Below, one piece after another: positions 41,101 through 52,436 of a stretch of DNA of 64,000 nucleotides. The translations under genes were made by a program, and so were the position numbers. A model generated the notes under the pieces. The model did not search any database, had not been told where the DNA came from, and was given only the letters and a program-made list of their open reading frames with translations. The stretch comes from Thalia democratica. Its lineage: Eukaryota. Each line of letters opens with the position of its first letter. Position 1 is the stretch's first letter. The DNA lies in the NCBI GenBank assembly GCA_965202585.1, contig OZ241832.1, forward strand, positions 56,978,001 to 57,042,000. Direction: 5' to 3'.

Positions 41101-44100
41101 AATTTACGCACATTGTGTCCACAGAAAAAGTGCGTAAAAATGCGAAAGATCGTAAAGATACGAGAGGTATCAAATATACTTACTATAATGGTTGTTTTAT
41201 GATATTGGTTCTAGTTAAAAGCAGACTGGGGACTTTCCCACTTTTAACAATTTGTTTACTTAATTTATTAATATGAAAACAAAAGACAAAACTATAGACA
41301 CATTAAAAAAGGATTTAGATTTATAAAAAATAGTAATACTTGTAGAAAAATTTTACTAGTTTTAATAATAAGTAGATTTTATTCTTATCTTTATTTATAT
41401 GTGACTTAAATGGTACTTGACATTTATATTCTATTCTACTTAGCAAATTCAACTTATAGTTAAGCATTTGTTTACAATTAATAAATGGTTTGGTGTCTAT
41501 ATCAAAATTTGTTTCTATAGCCTTTTACAAAAATATGCATTTGGTGCTGTAATGGATTTCTTCTTTTGAACAAAAATATATAAAGTATAAGAAAAATTTT
41601 AATACTGAGGTATAACTAAATGTTTATCAATTAGTCAAGAAACATAAGTTTACAAATTCTGAAGATATAGAGAGGTGAGTTAGTATTTAAAAACATATTT
41701 TAAATTAAAAATATACAATACACCTAATTAATGTAATATTAAAAAATATATATATTTACTTTTTTAATTTTTTAGAATTCTAAAATGCGTAACTAAACGA
41801 GAGTGCGTAACGTCACGAGTGCGTAAAGATTCGAGAGGTTACTGTACATGTAGGTTTCAGACTTGCATAAACAACTTTAAACTAATTTTTTTTTTTAAGT
41901 TTTAGACTTAAGTACTCTAACAAACTTATCAATGTACCATTGTTGCACTTGAGTCCTCCATCGATGACAATTTCGTCGATGTTTATTGTCGGTCCAACTC
42001 CGCAATACTTGGTGTCACCTTCGCACGTTTGGTTGTTAAGCACACTTGCTTTCAAAACAACCTAAGCGTTAAAGTTTATATTTATTGCAAGTTTGTTTAG
42101 TAGTTGTAAATAAATTCTACACTTGTACTTGATTTTCAGTTACATATATATATTACACAAAAGATTAATTTTAATAAAAGCTAAATTAATGTTTAAACTA
42201 AATTAAATATTAATGAATTACAAACATTTTTAAATGTTTAGTGGTCCAAAGTTGTAGCTTGTACTTGGATCAGAGAAAAAGACAATTTTTTTTTGCGTTT
42301 TTCTAACACTTAAGCTTATTTTTTTTAATATTGAAAAATTCTTTATACGTAGTGAATTATAAAAAAAAGTTAAACTTTTAAACTGTTGTCATATGATTTT
42401 TTATAACAAATGAATGTATGTAAGCGCTTCAAATCTTTAACGCAATATTCTTTATTCATCTAACAGTTTGAAAAACTAGTTTTGCTAAACTTTGAATCTA
42501 CCAAATGAAATTTTAGATAAATCATGCAAAGAAATACTTAGTGTTTGTAAGTATATTGTAAGCCCGTATAAACATTTTCAATAACATGCAGATCACAAAA
42601 AAGTTTTCGAATTTTTATAAACTATGTTCACTTTTAATGTTACACTGCTATCATAAAAAGTCTTCAAAACAAGGATAAAAGTTGCAAGCGCTTAAAAAAC
42701 TTCAATTTTTTCACTTGATAAACCAAACACTTTACAAACACGCTGCAAACCGACCCTGTATTCACCGGCGAGGGTGGAAACGTCGAAATTGAACTTCTCC
42801 ATCTTCCACCCGAACACGGCGTGGTCGACCTCGAAAAAACTCTCCGCACCTTCCACCTCCTCCAACACGTCATTGCTGGCCGGTATGACGTAACCTCTCA
42901 AGCTCGACCCGTCGCAGTGGATCGCCGAGTGCATCGAGAAAGTCACGTGGTCCAGTTCCGTGACGTCAAAGGTCGGTGACGTCATGTAGGCGGTGGTGAA
43001 CTTCTCCCCGCTGTCAGGGTCGCCGATCACTTTGGCGAAAAACTGGTTCTGAACGTTCTCTTTTTCCTGAACGCCTTGGAAAGCGGCGCAGCTTACAGGG
43101 ACTTTCTTTGAAGTTTCCCGCCTCTTCTCGTGATAAACTGAGGAGAGTTTCCCGTTCGGAACTATTTCCCGCCAGTTGCAGTTGACCCTCGAATCGACGT
43201 GCTCGAAATCGCACTTGTCACGCTTGAGCAAGTCCACGTGATCAGCTGTTGTAGTGTTCCGGCTGAAGTAGCCGAGGATCGGTAGAAGCTGGTTGCACGA
43301 CTCGTGGAATACTACTGTGACGTCATCGTCATTTGCGACGTCACTATCAGGATTTATTGTTACGCGATTCTTACTTGTGAAGAAATCTTTTTTGTATAAC
43401 ATTTTCAATACTACATTATTATTTGCATCAGGTTTGACGATGTTCTTCAGAGAAATCCATTTTTCTCCGGTGAACTTTTCTTTTTCGGTTTGAAAGAAAT
43501 CATCATAAGTTTTTTTGTTTAAGATTATTTCCTTCACTTTGAACTCTTTCGACTTGCTGCTGATCGTGAGGCTGCAGGTGTTTTTCGGGACTGCAAGTTT
43601 TTTGGTGGAAACCGATTTTTCGTCAATTTTAGATGCGTTGTTGTGAAATAAACCTGGAAAAAAATAGTTAAAAAAGCTTCGAAGAACTAAATTGTTTGGT
43701 TCTTATCGTGTTATTGTTTTTCAAATATCATAAAAAATCATATAATTTTTCTAGAATAAAATTGTTTAAAAAAAGAATTGTTGTGAAACATTGATAGAGA
43801 TATAACGTTTTTATTTCCAGTTCATTTACGAAACTAAATAAAAGTCAGAAACAGAAATGTTATTATTAATCATTTATAGAGGCACTAATAACTCAACAAA
43901 ACTCACCTCTGTTTTTAACAAGATGAATATTTATATTTAAGTCAACAAAACTCACCTCGATTTTTCAGCAAAACAAAGGTGCACGCCAGCGCGACGATCA
44001 GGAAGATGACAATGAAGACGATCAGCGTCCTCTTCTTCTTGAAGCAGTAGGAGCAGATTTATTCATTTTGCTCATCTTGCGCTTCTTGCGTTTCTTGCTC

Positions 44101-44618
44101 TCCTTGATGCTCACGGCGATCAGCTGGTCGCAGTCTTTCGGCATCTGATCTTTTTCTGGAAAAACAATAAAAATAATTAAAAAAACTAATAATTAAATGA
44201 GTATGAGGCTAAAGCTTTTTAAGACAAAATTAAGAACTAATACTACTAAAACGGTAAATGAAACTTTTATTGTATTGTAAGAAGTCAAAAAATTGTAAAA
44301 ATTATAACAAAATCCCTTATGAACATCAAAAAAAATTATACTTAATTAAAATTTTAAGCAAATAAAAAGTTTAAAAAATACAAGATAAAAGCTAAAAGAT
44401 TTGACAATTAATTCTATCAATACAGCTGATAATACTTTAACGTCGAGTAAATAACTAATAAAAATAAAGTATAAAACTATGATGAGGTCTTTATAAAACT
44501 AAATTTAAAAATTAAAACTTAAATAAACTTTTAGTAAAATAAACAATTATAAAAACTCAATGAGTAACTTACGTATTTTTTGTTGCATTACGTACGCTTC
44601 GTTAATTACTTTTGGCAT
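38175..44618 (-). pseudogene. Type II MAM-like membrane protein, copy 3, frameshifted in exon 2 (young pseudogene or a base-call error)
   Basis: Exons 44618-44573, 44155-43956 (200 nt, not 3n), 43653-42755, 42061-41938, 40611-40498 (or -40531), 39694-39582, 39185-38954, 38194-38175. Exon 2 reads ATG AAT AAA TCT GCT where copy 2 has ATG AAC AAG ATC TGC, giving SAPTASRRRGR* before the TM helix. All other exons are open with intact splice sites. Confidence 0.7.
41086..41844. mobile_element. Non-autonomous Tc1/mariner/pogo-type MITE, 759 bp
   Basis: TA target duplication at 41084-41085 and 41845-41846. 26-bp imperfect TIRs CAGTAACCTCTC-ACTAAT-TTACGCAC and CAGTAACCTCTC-GAATCT-TTACGCAC. The empty site GAACTATATACATGTAG is present in copy 2 (~23095-23110). 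Subterminal GTGCGTAA repeats; no transposase ORF. Confidence 0.92.
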
Positions 44619-47600
44619 AACTTCTTTCAAATTTTTTTCATAAGTTAATATTAGCAATTATTAACTGTAAGTTTATTTATTGCAAGCTAAATCAGCAAAA
44701 TATATCGGTTTTGTGAAACTCTTGAAAATACTTTTGTTAATGCTGGAAATGTATGCAAACTAAATTACCAACCTCTATACATTTTTTTTATTGAGCAAAG
44801 TATCTCTCAAAAATTCTGAGCTAAATTTAAAGAAAAAGACAAATCGATAATGAATCAACTCGTGTTAGAATGATTAAAAAAAATAAGTCGACTTGCAGAC
44901 ATTTAACTATTATAACACTATCACAAACTAACAAAACTCATTAAAAGTAAGTTTAAATAACCTTAGTTTTTTTTTTCCAAACCAATAATATAAGCTTCAA
45001 GTTATCTTTGAATAAAATAAATGGCTTAATTTCCTATTTTAATTAATCAGTAATAAATCAGTAAATGTTTAGTATACAAGTAGTTATTAAAGTTAAAAAC
45101 AGTTTTAAAATTTTGGAACAATTTAAACTGTACTAACGCATATCGATTTACAAAAGTGTATAGTCTCTTGAAGTTTAACATTTCATTTACTCAATTCTCA
45201 AAAGAGCTTTACTTATATAGGTTACAACTTTCTTTAGAAGTTATTAATACTTCTGACATTTATACCACCATGCATCCAGAAGAGCACAAAAAAAGCTTAC
45301 CAAAAAAAAAGGATATTTGTAGAAAAATAAATCCACCAAAAGTCTGCTTAAAGTTCAAAGATTTCTTACATTGTTTATTGAACTTGATATTATTGCAAGT
45401 TATAGTCGTAAAATAATTATTACAAAATATTATTTTTCTTTAATTTTTAATACTTAACTTCCTCAATCAGGAACAATTATTCATTTGTTTTGTTATGCAA
45501 TTATTTTCTATCGCAGTCTTATTTTCTACGTTGTATTGTTCAATGCTAACATTTGTATTAAAGAAATGCTTAAAAACTAAAAAACTTACTTCTATTAAGA
45601 AATTTAAGTAACACAGAGTTTATCATATACAGTAGTTTTAATATTGAAAACTAGAGAAATTGTAAACTTAAAAGAATAAAAACGCTTTAATTTACTATAA
45701 TGAAATGATTATTTATAAAACTAGTTTAAAAAATAAAAGCATGCTTTTTAAATCGTGTTTTACAACTGTTTTTGACTGTACTCTACTAACTGTAAATACG
45801 TTTTTTTTTTGCTTAATGACAAAATAGATAAAGTTGTTCTTATTACACAGATTAGTTTTAGCTGTAAAACAAATAATTTTTGTTAAACCAATTTGATTTT
45901 AACCAATCACTATCATCTAATAGTAAATAAAAATGAAAACCAAAACATTCCAATTTTAACTGAGAATAATTTAACACTTTAAAATCTTCAACTTATTTAA
46001 TTTAAACTTAACTTTGTCAATCATTTTTGAAAGTAAACTATTGTTTTCATTAAAAAAGTGTAACTAACATCTAATCATGTAAAAAAATATCAAAATATAA
46101 AACAATCTTAAAAAAAAAAAATTTCTTAATATAAACAAAATCAAAGTTATTTTTACGGCACAACCAACTAGCAGCCACACGCGAAATTGCAAATAAAAAA
46201 TTGTCACCAAAACCCAACACAAATTTTCGTTACTTTTATTTTTGTAATGGAATCACTATGTCGTAGCATGCCTAAAAAAAACTATCGATTTTAATGCAGT
46301 AAATTAAAGTCCCATGATGATATTATTGTTAAAATGCGAACATAAATTTATTTGTATGTGTTTCATGAATGAATGAACGAAATTTCTTAAATATATTTAA
46401 ATATATTTAGAATTTGTATAGAATGGTTTTAAACTGTTTAAAACACTTTTAGTGTATAAAAAATTCATGTGATTAGACTGCGTTCTGTGATTTACAGCTC
46501 AAAAATTCCGCAACTTATTTAAAAAACAATAAAAGTAACAAACCCTTAAAAGAATTAAAAAAAACAGATACCTGTTTTAATGATGTACTGACTTTGCTAG
46601 ATAAGCTTTTATAACATGGTTATGCCTCTAAAACATAATGTTTTTGATAAATAAAATTTTATGTTAAATAACTTTGAAATTATGAGAAAAACATTAATAA
46701 ACAAAGCTTTAAGATTTATGACTGTAAGTATCTCGTATATGGTTGAGGTTAAAATATTTTTTATTTTTTTTATTTCAAAGTATAAATTGTTTTATAAGAA
46801 AAAATAAAAAGAATAAAAAACATTGAAATAAAGATATAAAAAAATTCAAGTATACTGAAAAAGTATAGTCAAAAGTTAATTAAAAAACTAAATCAATACG
46901 TTTTTAAGAAAAATCAACGCTTAAGCAATACTACCTACGTGATTTACAATTGAAAATCGTTAAAGGTTATAAAACATATTTTACGAAAGAAACACGGATA
47001 TCAACATAACATGTGATTTTATATTATCAACTGTAAAATAATCTGTTATCAAATATGGCAACATTAATGCAAAAGTTGAGTTTTATTTTTTGACATTTGC
47101 ATCTTCACTTAACAAGTTAAAGACGACATTCACAACTTAATAGCACCTGTTGCTCAAGAATAACACATGAAATTTAAATGCGTCGGCTGCAGTTCTAAGT
47201 TGCTTTTGATTGGTTAATATTTTACTTATTATTATTTTTAGCTTTAACTAATAACTTTTTTTTGGTAATTTTTTTCACATATTTGGGTAAGGTGGTTTAG
47301 GGATAAGTGTACAGCTTAAAAATTTTTTGGTAAGGTAGTTTGGGAAAAAGGATGTTCTTAATATTCTGATGTATTATCACTTTACCTCAATCACATAACG
47401 TTATGAATTTACTGCTTGAATGAAAATATTTCCAAATCCTTACAATTGCAGCCGACGATTTTTAAATTTCATTTCAGAACAACATTACTAAAGGTCAGTA
47501 CGAACTTTTTTGCGTTTTAAGCTAATTAATGTTTGAATAATAGCGAAAACAAAAAATACTTAAAAGAGTTTTTTGGAAGTAACCTAGCAGCAAAAAAATA

Positions 47601-50600
47601 TTAGCTTGATCATTGTGGTTTTTTGGTAACTTTTATTTAGCAGTTCGTTTTCTTTTCTAGTTGCAAAACATTTTCAAACAAACATAAGAAATGATTTCAT
47701 AAAAAAAATTAAAACTTTTTTAAAAATTTAACATCATGTGTTGTTAATTTTACTTTTAGGTGTTAGTTTTGATGCAAATCAAAGCTGTTTTTACATGTCT
47801 TATTAACACTTGAACGTAATACTCCATTAAGTAATGATATATTAGAAATTAGAGTATTTTAAAAAATATATTCATCAAAACAAATTCCGTCTAACCCATC
47901 TGACTTACACATTATTGAAAAATCTGAAACAGTAATAATTTCAAAGATAAGTTCTGCATCTGTCAAAACGTCTTTTGATGTCAACGTTTTCTTTTCATAT
48001 GTTTTTCAATTTTTTTAGAAATTTGTCATAACAACAGTTTCATGATTGACAACAAAAAAAAAATACTGACCCTTTTTAGTTTCAACAACAAATATAAAGC
48101 AATATTTATCCATGACCTTAAACATAGATACAATATTTAAAAAAATATATTGACTTGTTTTTGTTTATTGCTATAAATGCTTACAAAATTTTTTTTTAGT
48201 TTAGTTTTTGATACAAACAAACAATAAGTTAGTTTTTTTTTTAACTTAACTCACAATCGTATTATTAAAAAAATTTTATTCGGTTACTGGGTTAATCAAG
48301 GTCTAAATAAGATAATAATTTAATACCAGTAATTTGTAAACAAATTTTCAAGTTTTATTTAAAATCAATAATCTTAATATTTTACGTCAAATAAATATTA
48401 AAAAAGTAATAAGTATATATAGAATTTAATAGAATCATAATCTTCTTCTAAATAACCATCCAAAAAAAATTGATGTAAAAATAAAATGTACAAACTTTTA
48501 AAACATAATTAGACTGAAACAATAATTTAAATTTTAATTTTTTCATCCAACAAAGTACTTTATTAGACTAAAATTGACTTGTTTTGAAACAGCCGTGTAA
48601 AATAAAGGTAACAAAAAAATTAATGAGATTAACACAAAACTAACAACTGTTTAAAAATTATAGTTAAAATAACCAAGAGTAATGGCGTTTCGCAAAACTT
48701 GTACTTTTCTATTATTACTTAGACTTTTCCCATAATATTTCTACAAAACTGCTGTAAACAATACAACATCAATTGATTGAGGAAGTGTTCAAACTTAACT
48801 TATCATTTAAATACTGCATTAAGCAATTTACTGCTGAGTTTATAAAAACAAATCTTTGTTTTTCAAGCTGTAAAACAATTACGTACTATTTAAAGATAGT
48901 GCGTATATGAGTTTAGGAAGTTTATAAATAAAACTTTGAATAAATAAATTAAATAAAGTAATTTAAATAGTAATCTGCATTTAAATTATAAGCGAATTTT
49001 CACAGCATTTCGAATGCTAAAATTAAAAATCTATTTTAAGTATGTATTGTAATTTGAACAGTCTAAAACTCTTCTAACTAACTTAGCTATTAAGTAAACT
49101 AGTTAAAAACTTAAAATTTAAAATATCTGAAGTTTTTAATCAGACACTTATTAATTATTTTCAATGAATAAATTTGAATAATATTTTTTCAATTGAGTCG
49201 AGCTGTTTTAAAAAGATTCCTAACTTCACTTATTAGGCAAAATTAAATAAAGACTGTTTTGTTATAACAAAAATACTGAGATTAAAAAAAAAAAAAAGAA
49301 CTACCAAAGCATGCTGTAAAGATAATCAGTAAATAAAAAAATTTAAATTTTAAGTATTCATTTTGACAGAAATATCATATTCACATTTTCTTGAGCAAAA
49401 CAGGAAATCTTTAACATTTGCATACTAACTTCATTTGATGTTTTACCGGTTGCCCAACCCATCAAAACTTTTTTTACTTTTTGAAGTTTTCTTCTAAAAT
49501 CACTTTTCAACACCATACCAAGCGAGTTTTTTGACTGTCAATTTAAAAAAAATACAGTAGGTGTTAATTTTTTGTAATTTTTAAATAATTCAAGCGAAGG
49601 AAGTTAAACTAAACTTTGAATAGACACCTCAATCGAATACGATACATTCAGTCAGGAAATCTATGACTGGTGGTTTTTTAAATGAACTGACTTTTAGGAC
49701 TAAAAGAACTCAAGTATTCTTGATGTAGTTTAGTTTCAAAATCGGACTTTGGAGCCATACAAATTTGTCACGATCTTTTTTAAAGGCTAAAGTTAAACTT
49801 CTTTTGCAGAGTAGTAAAATTAGTATATATTCTAGCAACTTAATAGAAGGTTTATCTAATTTAAACTTTATTAAGCATTAAACTTGATAAAAAAAATTAT
49901 ATAAATAGTACAACAAGTGCAAATTAAGTTTTTTATTTATTACCAGATTTCGTTGGTAAATAAATAACGACCTTTAAAAGTATAATAAATATATTTGTAC
50001 TTTTATAATCATTTATATAAGATCTTTACATTACAGTATATTGAGCAATATTTTTTAATTAAGAAAAAATTCTGTATAAAAAAAATGTACGAATCTCTTT
50101 CAAGTACTTACTATAACCGTTGTATCATGACTAATATACATATTTTATAAGCCATGGCATTTATAAATTAAAAAGATATGTTTGTATGTTAAAACATCGT
50201 AAATCAAAATTAACTCAAAACATAAGTTTAAAAAGTTTTTAAAATGTATTAATATTGTTTTATAAACTAACTAGTACTATAAAATAAGAAGTAAAAAAAC
50301 TGTAGATGTAAAACGAAAAAAATACTTAATTTAAAACAAGAAAATAATAACTTAAAAACCTTCGAGCAACTAACAAGTTTGAATACAAATTTGCTTAATA
50401 AATATTTCAGCGTTTTTTTCATGATCGATTAGCTTAAAAGCTTTACAAAATAACTTACTTTTTCTGCAGGAACTAATTTGAAATAAACTTTTGAAGCATA
50501 AAAGAAAATTAAAGAGGTATAATTAAATTTGTTAACGCTTTAAAACATTTCTTCTACATTTATTAAACTAGAAATAAAGTTGTTGAGATCAAATACGCAT

Positions 50601-52436
50601 GCTAGACGGAATCATTAACAAACAAAAACCGTTTTTATTTTTTCTAACTGTCTTAAACTTATTTAATCTTGAAGTAAAGTCTAGCTCATAATTACGAAAT
50701 AAAACTAATATTTATTTTCAAACATACAAGTAATACCAATATATGGACGAAACAAACTTATAATTCTCTACTGAAGACTAAACTTCGTTTGTGTTTTGAC
50801 ACGGAGTGCTTCAAACAAAACAAAGCTGTATGACGATGATTTATAGTTTTCAAATGTGGTTTTCCACATATTTATTATAAAATTACATTTCATTTTAAAG
50901 ACTAATATGTTTTTCCATTCACGCAACAGGAATTGTGCATAGTATCCAGCTTCAATAAATTTTGCTTTCGATCAATTTCAGTTTATCAATTATGTTTTCG
51001 TTTTCACTTGAACGTGATTGTGGCAAGGTTACTTGAAAATATGTTAACGATTTGGTCAATTGTTTCAACGAACTTTCAAATATCAATAACGTAAGAATTA
51101 CCTCACAAGTAGTAACTACTGTTGGTGTTTATAAAATTTCTTTTTTAATGTTAAAGCGTATTTGTTATAGACCTAAACACTTTTGATTTCAACAACTGAT
51201 TAACATTTAGCTATTTAAAAAAAAGCGACGAAAAAAGTTAGCATATAACTTAAAATGTAGAGTTTTTTAGATAAAGTAAACACTACATCAGCTTCAAAGA
51301 ATGTTATCAACAAATTAAAAATCTAGTTTAAGTTGTCAAGTTAAAAAAAATCAATTTTTTTTACTGTTTTGTTTCTAACTTTTTTCTACGTTTTTATTTG
51401 AAATATTTAAAAAACTGTGTGAAAAGAAATTTAATTTATCTTTAATTATATCAATTTTCTTATGCTCTTTTAATGATAGCTCAGTAAAAATCTACATTAA
51501 TTTGTTTGAAAACGAATTACTTTTCAAAAACCAATTATATAGTAGTGAATTGTAAATCCTAACACTTAACTACTTAAAAACTGTTAAATTTAATTAATTT
51601 GTTATATAACATTACTTGTAAAACATAGAAATAAAATAAAAACCTGCTTTGGTGAAAAAACTATCTTACAATATTAGGCTAAACAAAAATAATAAAAACT
51701 ACGAATATTTATAAAATATATGCTTGCTTATGAAGTTATTCTGCAAAGCGTTAGCTTAATGAGACAGAAGCTATTTAAAACACAGTACAGTCCGTCTATA
51801 GCGATAAGATATTTAAAAACTTTTAATTTTTCTTAGCTTTAAATGTAGTTTGATATCGACCGTTGTCTAAGTTTTCCATCGTAATGATGATACATTATAA
51901 ATGTATAGAGAGATTAGTATTTTTTTAAATGCGTATATAAATTATTTATTTTTTTTACCGGTAGTTTATTCTAAAAATGATAAAAGTTCAGTTTTTAATA
52001 CAAAAATTTTGAGTAAGCTATGGTGCAAGTATATAGTTTTAAACAAATATTTAATCAACGTTGTTTTAGTCTTGAAAGGTTTTTAGGCCTTTTCCAAGTG
52101 GATGAAAAGTGCATTTTAAAACGTGGATAAAATTTAAAATAAAACTAAAGCATTGAGTTCTTTTAGGCCTAACAAGTGTTACAAATAGGTTTAATGCTCA
52201 AAGAAATCAATTGATGTTAAACTTGAATACACTTTCATTTTTTCTGATTATTTTAAAACTTCAAAGACATCTGCTCGGTTGCGACAAAGTGACTTTCGGT
52301 TAAAAAATACTTGTTTAACTAAAAAAATATAAATTAAATAAATTGAAAACTTAAATTAATATGGTTTTAAAGCTCTCACAATGCTAAAGCTGTAAATCTA
52401 TTAACCTTGTTATGTAACGCAGAATATGCAAAATAT

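Noticed and set aside
43906-43955. Rescue of the copy-3 frameshift by the second donor (249-nt exon)
   Set aside because: The shifted frame hits TGA inside exon 2 before either donor and loses the TM helix.
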